In this document: positions 40,848 to 53,700 of the stretch, piece by piece
Layout: each line of letters opens with the position of its first letter
How positions within the stretch are numbered: the stretch's first letter is position 1
From: Eledone cirrhosa
Lineage: Eukaryota
Direction of reading: 5' to 3'
DNA: 64,000 nucleotides
Assembly: GCA_964016885.1 (NCBI GenBank)
Contig: OZ024751.1
Span: forward strand, 8,308,001 to 8,372,000
Notes under the pieces: model-generated
Seen by the model: the letters and a program-made list of their open reading frames with translations, nothing else
Databases searched by the model: none
Told to the model about the DNA's origin: nothing
Translations under genes and position numbers: made by a program

Positions 40848-41778
40848 AATATGGTTTTATAAATATAGTTTCCATTTATTAATATCGTATATATATATAT
40901 GTATATATATATAGTGACGAAACATAAGTCAATTGCATGAACTAAATTCATAATCCTTTATTTACTGCTATATATATTTCGATGATAGCCATTGAATGGC
41001 TATGACCTCATTAGGCAGTTAGTCAGTTCTTAGATATGCCAGCTCTGTGTTTATAGTGTTGATGGTATCAGAGCCTTGGGACATATGAGCTTGTTAGGAA
41101 TAATTTAATGTTGTCAGCAGGAATAGTCTTAATTCTCATTGGTCAGTTTGTAGATGGTAGTAGGGTTGGTATTTGACCTCAAAGAGGCAGGTGGTGTTGT
41201 AAAGTTCAAACCATCAGGCAAGATGACAATAGTTCTATATGACTGATTTTCACACAACGCATTCCTGGTCAGATATATATTAAGGTTAATAGTATGAAAT
41301 AGATACTACAGGTCATTCTTAAATTGAGGAATTTATGTTGAGTGGTGCTACTGAAAATTATGTTTAGAGTAGAAAATTTACAAATAAAAAGACTTATGTA
41401 GGTTGGCTTGCACACCCACCTCCACAGACATACACACACATCCACACATACAAATTGAGGTATTAATGTGGGGTTGTAATACTTAAAATAATTGCTATAA
41501 ACATATATATATATATACAAACATATATATACAAACATATATATATATATTATAAACATATATATATATATATATATTATAAACATATATATATATACAA
41601 ACATAGATGCAAATACACTTATCCCCCACATACATCAATGCATAGATAAACAAAGTTGTTTCTACTTTTCCTATGGTTTGTGCGATGTACTGACAAAGCC
41701 TCCACTGCAGGCTATGGTAAAATAACACAAAATGAAACAAATAATATCTGTATAAATATTATATATCTGTATAAATAT

Positions 41779-41842
<64 letters not shown>

Positions 41843-41927
41843 GAAAAATTGAACAGGGACAGAACAGAGATGCAGTACGATAAATGTTTATTAAATTCAC
41901 GCTCAGGAGAGTGGGGGGTAGGTGGAG

Positions 41928-41958
41928 GACGACGTTTCGGGCATAAGCCCTTCTTCAG
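41928..41958 (-). ncRNA. Minimal hammerhead core
   Basis: Identical to 20629-20659. Confidence 0.7.
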
Positions 41959-44814
41959 GTGAGAGTTCAAAAGGTGTGTAGGGGAGTGGTGGAGAGACAT
42001 ATAGCGAAAGGAAACGGTGCGAATGAAAAATTAACACAAAAATATAATAAATAATAAATAAAAATAAAGCATGATCAAAATACAAGGAATGAGAACATTT
42101 AAAAATAAAGGCATGATCAAAATAAACTGAAATTAAAAGGGGGGTAAACAGGTGGTGGAAGGGTGTGGGGTGAGTAGAGGTGGTGGCGGGTGGAGTGGGG
42201 AGAGGGAGACGGGTGTCCGAGCGGGGAGGGCTGAAGGTGGTGTGTGTGGTTAGGTGTGCGTGTGTGTGTGTGTGTGTGTATGTGAAAGTGAGGGTTAGAG
42301 GAAGAACGGGGTTGCATGTTCAGGAAGGTGTGTGTGGGGGGTGTTTTTGTGTGTCGGAGGGTCTGTGCGAGTGTGGATAGGGGGTGGGGGGAGAGGAATC
42401 AGGGGGCTGAGGGTGTAAATATGTGGTGGGAAGCACGTGTGTGTGGTTTAAACGTGTTGTGGGTGTGGGTGGCGTGTGGATAAAAAAATTGTTTTGGGAT
42501 GTGTGTGTGGGTGAGTTATATAGGTGATATATAACTGTACTCGGGTGAGGGTCGTGGCTCCGATACAGTCGTCAATGTAACGACCGTACAGTTCGGGCGT
42601 GGGGCCGGTGTGCTGGGCAAAGATTTGGGCCTCAACATGGCCAACAAAAAGGTTGGCATAGTTCGGGCCCATTCTTGTGCCCATGGCTACCCCCGTGACC
42701 TGTTGGTAAAACTCACCCGAGAAGGAGAAACAATTTAGGGTGAGAACCAGCTCGGCGAGGCGAAGGAGGGTGGGGGTGGAGGGAATGGGGGAGGGGCGAA
42801 GGTCGAGGTAGTGTTTGAGGGCGCGAAGGCCGTCGGCGTGGGGGATGACGGTATAGAGGGACTTGATGTCTAGGGTGAAGAGGAATGGCTGAGGGCTGGG
42901 TAGGTAGGTGAAGGAGTCGAAAAGGCGCAGGGCGTGGTTGGTGTCAGAGATGTTGGAGGGGAGGGTTGTGACAAGGGGGGCGAGGAGGGAGTCGAGAAAG
43001 GCGGAGATGAGTTCGGTGGGGCAGTTGCAAGCGGAGACGATGGGGCGGTCGGGGTTGTCGGGTTTGTGGAGTTTGGGGAGGAAGTAGATGGTGGGGGTGC
43101 GGGGTGTGCGGACGATGAGCTGGGAAGCGGTGGGGGGAGGAGAGAGGAGGCGATAAGGTCTTTGATGGTGGAGGAGACTTGTTGTTGGTAGAGGGGGGTG
43201 GGATCGGAGGGTAGAGGGCGGTAAAAGAGGGGGTTACAGAGCTGCCTGAGGGCTTCGGCCGTGTAGAGGTCCGGGCGCCATACCACCACGGCACCTCCCT
43301 TGTCCGCCGGTTTGATGACGATGTCATCTCGGCTACGGAGGGAGCGGAGAGCGAGGAGTTCGCCCCGTGAGATGTTGTGCCGTTTGGAACGGTGGCGGAA
43401 GTTGAAACGATTTACTGCGCTACGGCTGGCATCGACGAAAGCGTCCAGGGTGCTAAATTGCCCTGGGGCCGGCGTCCAAGAAGATGGTCGTCGGCCCAGG
43501 GCGAGAAACGGGTCTGGGGCGTCCGGAGCCGGTGGCGTTCGGCTGAAATGTGCCTGTAGCTTAGTGCGTCGCACGAATCGCTCGACTTCCGTTCGGGTGC
43601 GGAACTCGTCGCTGAGCGGAGTGTGGGGTATGAAGCGAAGGCCTCTACTAAGGAGTGAGCGCTCAGGTGCGGAGAGGGGGAGGTCAGGGGGTATGGTGAC
43701 AACAAGGGGTGGGGTTTGGGTGTTAGGGGAGGGAAGGGAGGGTGTGGTGTGGGGTGGATAGTGGGTGGGGGTGGGGGTCGGGGGAGAGGTGGGGAGTGGT
43801 GGGCGTATGGGGATGGGCGGGTGGTGGTGGATGGGGGGGGAAGGAGTGAGTGTAGCTTGCGGGCTTTGGTGGAGCTGAGGAACGAGAAGAGGTTGTGGTT
43901 GAGGTTGTGGATGAAGGAGAGGATGGCTTGGGCGAGGAGGGGGTGGCAGGTGGAGTAAAGGCGGAGGAGGGTGGGGGTCAGTTGGTGGTCAAGTAGGTGG
44001 AGGGTGGAACGGGAGGCGCGGATGGAGTTGCGCATCAGAAGGCATGAGGATCGGGTGAGGATACGTTGCGCGGAGGGGGAGGCAGCGGGGGAGGGGTGGA
44101 AGTGTAGACGGAAGCCAAGGGGGATAAGGTGGAGGCGGAGGCAGTGGCTGAGGAAATGGATGTGGCTGGAGTGCCGGGTTTTGGCGAAGAGAAGGTAGGA
44201 GAGTTGAAGGGCGGAGGGGAGATAGCAGGGTGGAAGGAGGCGGGTGAGGAAAAGTTTGAGGCGATTGTGGAGTTGGTGGAGAAACGATCTCAGGTTGGCC
44301 ATGATGGGCGTTGGGTGAAAGCAGGGGGAGGGATGAGAGGGCGGGGGTGTGAAGCGGGGTGGAGTGAACGAAGGGGTGAGTGCGAAGGATAGGCAGAGAC
44401 GGGGAAGGGAAAAAGAACCCGAAAAACGTAGGGAGGGGGGGAGTAAACACCGGAAAATTAAAGACAAAAAATCATAAAGGTAATAACACAGGCGATCGTG
44501 AACAAAAAATCATAGAAATACAATTGTAGGAACACAGGCAAAGAATCATATACGGAAAAAAAGGGGTACGGTAACAAAATCAAACAGAGGTAATGCGTGG
44601 AAGGAAAGACAAAGTGTGGGAAGGTGTGTAAAGTTCGGAGAAAGGTCACGGCGGATTAGATCGGGGTTGAGCCGGTTGTTAAGTTAAGTTCCAAGGATGG
44701 AGGCCGTGTGAGCGTGTGTTATGTATAATGAACAATTGAACAGGGACAGAACAGAGAGGCAGTACGATAAATGTTTATTAAATTCACGCTCAGGAGAGTG
44801 GGGGGTAGGTGGAG

Positions 44815-44845
44815 GACGACGTTTCGGGCATAAGCCCTTCTTCAG
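44815..44845 (-). ncRNA. Minimal hammerhead core
   Basis: Identical to 20629-20659. Confidence 0.7.
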
Positions 44846-47048
44846 GTGAGAGTTCAAAAGGTGTGTAGGGGAGTGGTGGAGAGACATATAGCGAAAGGAA
44901 ACGGTGCGAATGAAAAATTAACACAAAAATATAATAAATAATAAATAAAAATAAAGCATGATCAAAATACAAGGAATGAGAACATTTAAAAATAAAGGCA
45001 TGATCAAAATAAACTGAAATTAAAAGGGGGGTAAACAGGTGGTGGAAGGGTGTGGGGTGAGTAGAGGTGGTGGCGGGTGGAGTGGGGAGAGGGAGACGGG
45101 GTGTCCGAGCGGGGAGGGCTGAAGGTGGTGTGTGTGGTTAGGTGTGCGTGTGTGTGTGTGTGTGTGTATGTGAAAGTGAGGGTTGGAGGAAGAACGGGGT
45201 TGCATGTTCAGGAAGGTGTGTATGGGGGGTGTTTTTGTGTGTCGGAGGGTCTGTGCGTGTGGGGATAGGGGGTGGGGGGAGAGGAATCAGGGGGCTGAGG
45301 GTGTAAATATGTGGTGGGAAGCACGTGTGTGTGGTTTAAGCGTGTTGTGGGTGTGGGTGGCGTGTGGATAAAAAAAATTGTTTTGGGATGTGTGTGTGGG
45401 TGAGTTATATAGGTGATGGTGTAAGACGATGGTTGAAAGTGGTAAGTTACACGGATGTATGGAGATTTTGGTTGGAAGTCAAAACGCGTATGGGTAATCC
45501 AAGAAGCGGTGGTCGGAAGAGGAGATATGTGGGGTGCGCGCGCAACAGGAAGTGGTCAGCAGTGGAAGTGCTGTGGTCAGTTGGTGCTGAGACAGTGGTC
45601 GGAAGGGCATAGCAGCAGTCAGCGGAATGGTAGGGAGGCGAGGATGGGTAGGTGTGAGAGTTGGAGTGAGGAGGGTGTGTGTGTGTGTGTGTATTAGTAG
45701 GGGTGTTAGTGGGATGAGTGAGTGTGGAGTGGGGAGAGAAGGGGGGGTGTGGTTCTATGGAGGGAGTGTGGTGTACTGGTGTGTGTGTAGTTTGGTGAGG
45801 AGGTGTTAGTGGGTGTTAGTAGACGGGAGGTGGGGAGGGGTGGAATGCAGGTGTGAGTGGGGGTTAGTGGGGGTAGGGTGTGTAGAGTTGGTGGTGTACG
45901 TGGGTGTGTGGGTACGTGTGCGTGGGGTTGGAGGGTGTTAGTGATGTTAGTTGCGTGTGGGGTGGGTGGTGTAAGTGTGTGCGTGTGATAAGGAGGGGGC
46001 AGGAGGAGAAGAGGGGAGGGAAGTGATGTTAGTATGTTAGTTGGGGAAGGGTGGTCAGATGAGGGGTGGAGTGGAGTGGAGGTGTTAGTATTGTTAGTGT
46101 GGGGTGGGCGGTGAAAAGGAGGGGTGTGTTAGTGGTGTTAGTGGGGGATAAGTGGGGGGGGGGGGGTCGAACGCTAAAGGAATAAGGGTGGGGAGTTCAG
46201 GCCGGGGGGAGTGTGGGTCTGTAAGATGAAGATAGTACGTTGTTCGACCGTGAGGCGATGGGCGGGTGTTCCGTGGCACTGGAGTAGGCCACAGACTGTG
46301 AGATGGCGTGCGGAGTGTCCAGGGCCACCAAAGTGGCGGGCGATGGGGGAACTGCCCCCGAGACGAATGTCCCGGAGGTGCTCCGTGACTCGGTCCGCCA
46401 GGCGGCGTCCCGTCTGTCCGACATAAGTCGCGCTGCACCTCGTGCAACGAAGTCCGTAGACTAGGTTGGAGGAGGTGCAGCGGAAGGCATGCCGGACCGA
46501 GAGAGGGTGGCCATTGGGACCCTGGAAGGTGGTGGTGTTGGTGATGTGGGGACAGGTGTTGCAGAGGGGCCTAGAACAGGGGAAGGAACCGGGGGGGGGG
46601 AACGGAGCGTGGGTTGGGGGGTAGGGAGCTGTGGACAAGGAGGGTGCGGAGATTGCGTGCGCGTTTGAAGGAGGGGAGTGGTGGGGTTGGGAAGATGTGG
46701 GAGGTGGAGGGGTCGGACTGGAGGTGTCGGAAGAGGCGGCGGATGGTGCGGTGGAGGGGTAAGGGGAAGGGGTGGTAGGTGATATGGAAGGGGAGACGGT
46801 GGGTGGGTGTGCGGTGGCGTGGGGTGAGGGTGGTGGAGCGGGGGATAGCACGGGCGCGGGTGAGAGCGGTGTGGACGAGAGAGGGAGGGTAACCTCTGCG
46901 GATGAAATGGCTGACTAGGGAAAGGGCCTGGGACTCGAAGTCAGCATCTCGGCTACAGAGGCGGCGGATCCTGAGAAGTTGGGAGTAGGGAATGGAGAGT
47001 TTAGTGTGGGTGGGGTGGGAAGAGGTGAAGTCGAGGTAAGAGTGGGAG

Positions 47049-47119
<71 letters not shown>

Positions 47120-48529
47120 GGGGAGAGAGAGAGAGAGGGGGTGGGAGAGAAAGAGAAAATTCGAAGTTTGAAAGCCACGACGATGTGGATTGGACGGAAA
47201 GAAAATAAGTTGTAAGAAACAGCGGGTTTTTTTATTTTTATTTTGGTATAGCAAGCCACATAGAACACTGGAATAGTTCCTTTATTTTCCTCGGGAGAAG
47301 AGATATTACTCTCGAAATATCAGGATATATGAATAAATTATGGTAACAACTCCACACACACTGCTTCTTACGACTTCATTATTTTCTGTCCAATCCACAT
47401 TGTCGAGCCTTTCAAACTTAGAATTATTTATATCATATGCAATGCTTCAAGTAAACTACAAATTCCTTACACAAATATACACATATATATATTGTTAAAG
47501 CAACTGTCTTTATACGTGTGGTTTCGTATGCACCGATCTATCGTGAACTACAATGACACTCATTGATTTGACTTAAGTATATTCATAAAATACTGATTTT
47601 CTACCTTCACAGCTGCCTCCTTTAATATTGTCGCTTGACCCTCTGCTGTTTTTATTACATCTATTGTTAAACAAGTTGTTCTGGCTGTTGTTTTTTCTTC
47701 AATTATTCTTGTTACGGTTTCGCACTAGATCACCTGCCTTTAGACAGATCAATGATTAAGAAAACCTGTCTTAATTTTCACATGTCTACGTAGCTATATA
47801 TCAGATTTAAAGTACCAGCCAGACTTTTAATTTCGTTTATTTCACTCTTTTTAAATAACGTAGAATACATTGGATAAGTTATACTATAGATCTCTACAAT
47901 CTAAGATACACTGGGGCTAAACAATAACAACAGTATCAACAATTCTTTTCCATTACATAATTTACTTAAATGAATGATAATACAAATCATTTTCAATTGA
48001 TATTTGAATACTGAAATACGAAGAGGCAGGGTTAACATATAGTGTCATTTCATCTTCAGTACTAGCTCCGTGTCTATTATGTAAATTTACAAAATCTAAT
48101 GTATAATAATCTTCTATTTTCTTTTTTAAAATTAAATACTTGTTTAACAATATAATTAGTATTGACCCATCGTTTGATTTTTTTAGAGTCGTTTTTAATC
48201 GTGACAGTTTAATAAATTCTTAAACTTCTAATTATTAGCTGAAAAGTTATTAATTGGACTGTCGTAGATAATTAGCTTCATGCTGATTACCAAAATAACT
48301 CAGCTCCGCCACTAATAACTTAATGGTTATTTTTTTAAATTACCTTTACTGTTCAAACGTATGGGTATGATTCAGTTACAATATAATTGATGTGAAAGCA
48401 ATGTCCACTCCAGTTACATGTCACATCTACTTAAAAATTATCGAACGAATGACAATAGTATTAATCCTATTATTTCATATTACCTTAGACTTAAGTAAAA
48501 TATTGTTACTACTTACTTTAGGTAATATA

Positions 48530-48667
48530 AATATGCAAGCCAACAATTATTTTTCGGGGTGGGGAGCTTAGTCGATTAAATCAATCCCAGTTCGTTACTG
48601 GGACATTCTTTTATATAATCCATACGGATTAAATTCAAAGCTAACCTCTGTATCCTTTGAACTCACA
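48530..48667 (-). mobile_element. Degenerate tRNA-derived SINE (long subfamily)
   Basis: gtcgattaaatcaatcccag, aaagctaacctc and tttgaactca match 15011-15201. Confidence 0.5.
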
Positions 48668-49910
48668 TCTTCATCTAACCTTTTGGAAATATATAATTAC
48701 CGAACACAACCATTATTCCGGTCGTATATGGCTATGTATATGTCTAATGTTTACAGTTTGCTGGCTTAAATTCACGGCTAGCCACAACGTAAACTATGAA
48801 ACTACTCGTCCGATGTAATCCAGTTAAAAGCACGTATTAACCCTATAAAACCTGGGCGTTTTAGTGGCTCCATAAGTCTAGGATCTCTGAGAGCAGTGCC
48901 TTTCTTCTCTATTTCTTAACAACTATAGCTATGACAATTAAACTCGACACAACTATAGACAAATGATAGGCACATATTACGGTATTAGAACAATGTTGCT
49001 GGTCTCACATTTGTTCTGATGTTGTGTTTTTATTGGGTCAAAACTTTACCGGAACAACTAAAGCTATGATCATGACATTTTACAGGGTATAGGTATTGTC
49101 ATGTACTTTCTCTTTGCCATGTCTGCTACTAAATGAAACAACAACGATACAATGTCAAATACTTTGCATATTGTATATAACATTATTGCCATGGTAAACG
49201 CGTGGATAACCTGGAAACGATATGACTTCCTTAGAAACCACTATGCAATTCCAAACACATACGTTAGATTGGTAATGTTGATAGGTGATATTGGCTTTCG
49301 TTAACAAAGTCTGCATAATCAAATTTTGTAACCGGATATCTAAAAGAGATAGCTTCATTTTATATGCCCTGCCCAAATACTTCCATTCATATGGCAGCGG
49401 GGCGAAGAGTTTCAAAATCTGCTATGTAAGCTTTTAACATGATACATTTTGGGAAAAGTCACTAAATTTCAGAGAGAAATCTGCTTCCTTTCAAAGAAAC
49501 AATGATATGCGCTATGAGAGCCTCACACCCACACATAATAGGGTTAAAATATACATATTGCTTCCATGTTTACCTATAATGGGTACATTCTATTGTAAAT
49601 TGAAATCAGGCCCAGTAGCTTCAACTATTAATGGTGACACAGCTAAGGTCAACACTAAGAGAGAAAAGAAGAAAACTATACACAAAAATGTGAAATTTTC
49701 TCTTTATATATGTATGTATATTTTTTCCCACCATCTTATTATTCTTATGAATATACTATTTAATTGATTTATACACTACCGTCCTGTGAAGAGGCCTACA
49801 AGCTAAAAACGGTACAGATAATGCGTAAATTCCTATTTTGTGAATAAATGTGTTGATGTTATTCTGAGAGAAAATTCCTTTAGCATTTTCTACTGTTTTT
49901 TTTCCTTTTT

Positions 49911-49958
<48 letters not shown>

Positions 49959-50330
49959 AAAATAACTCTTCAATCTCACCCAGCACTTTACGTAAGGCCC
50001 TATCATTTGCCTAAGTCAATTCCGACCTAACGGAGACGAAATTGATAACTGCTTCCTGGAACGTAAGGACAGACCCACAATCATCGACATTACCATTGGC
50101 TCAAAAGACATAGCGGAGGTCACCGATCTTGTGGGAATTAACATAGCCCACATACTACATGGAACATTTAGTAATGTAATCTACAGGAGGGAATATATAG
50201 AGATTACGCGCTCTTATTAGTTAATAACTTAAATAACCAAAATCTTGAAAGGCTAAGGAAAAACATTAGAAAATATTTTAGTGAACTGGGTCTAAAAATA
50301 ACATACGAATACAATCTTAAAGTAGTAAAT

Positions 50331-51503
50331 TTGCTAGATGTAACTCTTAATTTAAATACCGAACTGATACGACCCTTCCACAAGATAAATGAGAACATTA
50401 CCTATATCAATTTTAACTCAAACCACCCACTTTCCATGATCAAATCGGTTCCCCGTAGTATTTCTCTTAGAATCTCACACCTATCGTCTAACTCTGAGAT
50501 TTTTAGTGAACATGCTGAATACTCTAATAATGCATTAAGGAATGCCGACCACCGGGATACAATAGAATACATTGATAAGAATCTCCATAACACACATAGC
50601 TCTACACGAAATCAAAGAATACGTAGCCGGGGTACAGAAATACAAGTGCACACACGCAGTACCACCAGAAATACTAATATTAGAAAATCATCACCAAATA
50701 AATCACGTTGTAGAAAGTATATCTGGTATAATCCCATTTTTAATGCTTCGATTAGTAGAAAACTATCTCTTTCATTCTTTAAGTTAATCAACAAGCATTT
50801 CCCTAGTTCCCATAAATACAGTAAAATTATGAACTCTAAGACTATTAAGCTGTCATACGCCACTGCACCAAACCTTGAAGCATACATAAAAAAACTTAAC
50901 TTAAAGCAATTAAACAACACTACAAAACAAAATATTTTAATAACAGATGAACATAAAGTAGTATCGGCCTCCCAACCACTAAATGGGAGACGGGTATTAC
51001 ACAACTCATCTGTACTGTTATCCCAACCTATCCATGGTATAACTGCTACCCACAATAAAAACTGTAATTGCCATCTACCTGAAAGATGTCCATTGAAGAA
51101 TAAATGCCTAAAGTCCAACATTGTTTATCAATGCACTGTTCAATCGAACGACCAGAAATGCTATTACATCGGGTCTACCACTACCTTCTGTAAATCTCGC
51201 TGGTATCGTCATCGATTCTCAATTAAACATCCTAATCACCGTTTTGTGACCACGCTCGCCAACAAGACTTGGCAACTCCGTGAACGCAACCAACAGTTCA
51301 CCTTGAAATGGGATATACTTTCCAGCGCTAGTGCATATCGGTGTGGATTGAAGTACTGCAGGTTATGTAACCTTGAACTCTTTTACATCTTAAAATCCAA
51401 AAATAAATTACTAAATGACAGAATCGAACGATCATTATACTGCAACCACAAACTGAACGCTAAATTCTCTCACTATAAAATAACTTTATATTCGAACACG
51501 TAA
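50331..51503 (+). CDS. C-terminal part of a Hydra-type PLE polyprotein (RT thumb + GIY-YIG endonuclease)
   Basis: 390-aa open frame with CxCx5Cx5C and GIY-YIG motifs; the upstream RT is disrupted. Confidence 0.7.
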   Translation: MLDVTLNLNTELIRPFHKINENITYINFNSNHPLSMIKSVPRSISLRISHLSSNSEIFSEHAEYSNNALRNADHRDTIEYIDKNLHNTHSSTRNQRIRSRGTEIQVHTRSTTRNTNIRKSSPNKSRCRKYIWYNPIFNASISRKLSLSFFKLINKHFPSSHKYSKIMNSKTIKLSYATAPNLEAYIKKLNLKQLNNTTKQNILITDEHKVVSASQPLNGRRVLHNSSVLLSQPIHGITATHNKNCNCHLPERCPLKNKCLKSNIVYQCTVQSNDQKCYYIGSTTTFCKSRWYRHRFSIKHPNHRFVTTLANKTWQLRERNQQFTLKWDILSSASAYRCGLKYCRLCNLELFYILKSKNKLLNDRIERSLYCNHKLNAKFSHYKITLYSNT

Positions 51504-52047
51504 CTATAACATTACTTTCTCGCTAATTACTTTCTCTCAATAACGACTTCTTAACTATATCCCCCACACTACAAGACAATACACTGCTTATCACTATAAA
51601 TGGATACTTAGTGCAATGTGTAGCCTACAACTATGAACTCAATGTACACCTATCCCATAACTTTCGTCTGTCCCCTCTCTATCTCTATCTCTATCTCTCA
51701 CTCTCCATTCCCCCCTCTCTCTTTATCTATCTATCTCTCGCCCTCGGTTCACCTCCCTCCCTCTCCACATCTATGAATGTGCCCTCTGTGGCAATAAATA
51801 ATTCCAACCTTAACTATCAACGCATCGCTTAAGGTTGTCGCTTTAAGAGTAACCAGTATAATAAAACCCCTACCACAACATTTTGATTAAGATATATGTA
51901 TTCTACAAACCACTCTCCGCCATTTCTTCAACCCCTCCATATCTCTCTCTCTCTCCCCCTCTCCCCCCTCTTTTCCTCTTCCTTTTCTACTCTAGCTTCC
52001 CCAATAACTTCCCGTAAGGGTATTTACATTTTACATTTTAACCATTC

Positions 52048-52158
52048 TGCTCTGGCGATACAGTGGTCACAGCATCAGATAATTGATTTTTCAAATAGTT
52101 ATACATTTGCACATAGCACAACTAGGCTGTATAACCACCATGGAAACATTTGTAAGCA
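52048..52158 (+). ncRNA. Hammerhead-like motif, CUGGCGA core, long stem II
   Basis: tgct CTGGCGA taca gtggt c acagc ... gctgt ata accac catg GAAA CA tt TG TA agca; followed by AATAAA. Confidence 0.5.
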
Positions 52159-52507
52159 CACAAAATAAATTACCTTTTTATGATGTTTACCTGTTATTAT
52201 TCTTTCTTTATCTACACTCCGGAATACAGAAGGATCAGGAACTTAGTTCTTCAACTATTCTTCCATAACTCGTTGAGTAACCACTCACCGTACGTCAACT
52301 CTATCCAGTGTAGTAATTATCCATTACTGCATCCAGGATAATCTATACCTAATATATATATATATATAAGCAAAAATAAATGGAGAAGGCAATACATATA
52401 AAAACAAGATTTACTCATTTCACAATGTTACATCTAGGGTATGATTACAATATAACAACACTATATGTATGTGCGTATGCATCATATACATTATTATAAA
52501 GATTATA

Positions 52508-52700
52508 GGCGGTGAATTGGCAGTATCGGTAGAGGGTTGGACGCCATGCTTTCTAGCATAGTTACGTCCCTTTACATTCTGAGTTCAAATCCCGCCGAGG
52601 TTAACTTTGCCTTTCATCCTTACGGGGTCGATAAAATAAAGTACCAGTAATGTACTGGGTAATTGCTGGCCTTGTGCCTAAAGTAGAAACAATTATTATA
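52508..52700 (+). mobile_element. Full-length tRNA-derived SINE with target-site duplication
   Basis: Flanked by tattataaagattat on both sides; 3' stem-loop-like tggccttgtgcc. Confidence 0.9.
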
Positions 52701-52965
52701 AAGATTATGTTCTTAGAATCTTCAAAGAAGAAACATTATGTATTGTCTTTAATGATGTTGCTAGAGGAAAGTCCATTCTCACAACAGCCAGACGAATTTA
52801 TCCATTAATGATATAATTATTCCTTCAGAGTAATACTTAGAGGCAAGTATACTTCGGAGTTCATACCATAATCCGTAATACGTTTAAAATACAACTAAAA
52901 TGGAGGCTGTAAGGGGGCATAATTATCTAAGGGAAGTAACTGTGGTGTATTTTATATGAATATTA

Positions 52966-53143
52966 ATAATAAATGATTCTACTTTTGGCACAAGGCCAGC
53001 AATTACCCAGTGTATTGCTGGTACTTTATTTTATCGACCCTTAAGGATGAAAGGAAAAGTTAAGCTCAGAATGGCAAGGGCCGTAACTCTATACGTCAAA
53101 GCATGGCGTCCGACCCTCTACCAATACTGCCAATCCACCGCCC
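52966..53143 (-). mobile_element. tRNA-derived SINE
   Basis: Family consensus with a small internal deletion. Confidence 0.85.
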
Positions 53144-53515
53144 CTTAATGAGTAATATATGAATGTAAGTTGCCAAAGTTAGGTGACATTGATAGAGTAG
53201 ATTTTAGGTGGTGTGTTGGGGGCCACGGGGTACAGTCTTCAATTATGTTATCAATTATAAGCCGCCGTGATCTAGCGGCTTCTTAAGGTAGGGAAGCGAG
53301 GGGAGGAGGAAAATACTTTTTTAAATAATTTTTTTTCTAATATCCGGACTAATAGCTAATATGAGGTCTATTTTAGGGTTGAGGGGAACATTGAGGCTGG
53401 ACATTTAAGATGGCTATATAGGATCATACACAATGTTGAAAGTGTAGGGAAACCAGTGTGAGCAATTGATTACACTTTCGGCTCTATTGACAATAACTGT
53501 AAGTGAGGAGCATAT

Positions 53516-53700
53516 AATATAATTGTTTCTACTTTTGGCACAAGGCCAGCCATTATCCCAATGTATTACTGGTACTTCATTTTATCGATCCAGTAAGGAT
53601 GAAGGGCAAAGTTAACCACGGCGAAATTTGAACTCAGACCATAAAGGACCGTAACTCTTTGCTGCAAAACATGGCGTCCGATACTCCCGATCAGACTGCT
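53516..53700 (-). mobile_element. tRNA-derived SINE
   Basis: Family consensus. Confidence 0.8.

Larger units (their letters stand above)
40339..40892. repeat. Fold-back palindrome (~260-bp arms) made of an inverted pLTR with a hammerhead in each arm
   Basis: 40339-40598 is the reverse complement of ~40627-40892; pyrimidine-rich spacer; (TA)n flanks. Confidence 0.9.
41841..47051 (-). mobile_element. C-rich Neptune-type PLE in partial-tandem arrangement
   Basis: 47051-44727 is a 5'-truncated unit (thumb, GIY-YIG, 3' UTR, pLTR). It reads into a second unit 44726-41841 (5' UTR, N-terminal HIHFLSHCLRLHLIPLGF, RT up to RYIDD, internal deletion at ~42533, pLTR). (TA)n at both ends. Confidence 0.92.
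49956..52352 (+). mobile_element. 5'-truncated Hydra-type PLE (RT remnant, thumb, GIY-YIG, 3' UTR)
   Basis: Upstream DITIGSKDIAEVTDLVG and GIYRDY; ORF 50331-51503 has LDVTLNL..SNHP, CNCHLPERCPLKNKC, NIVYQC..YYIGST, CRLCNLE; (TA)n on both sides. Confidence 0.88.

Noticed and set aside
40930-41270. Possible PLE N-terminal remnant (DGLNFTTPP on minus strand)
   Set aside because: Single short motif amid stops; insufficient support
49780-49820. Hammerhead-like gtgaagaggcc..gctaaaaacggtacag
   Set aside because: Both core halves are mutated; at best a decayed pLTR motif
31222-51503. Selenocysteine-encoding Naiad-type PLE
   Set aside because: The endonuclease is C-terminal (Hydra-type), and the conserved Cys codons inspected are TGT/TGC with no in-frame TGA
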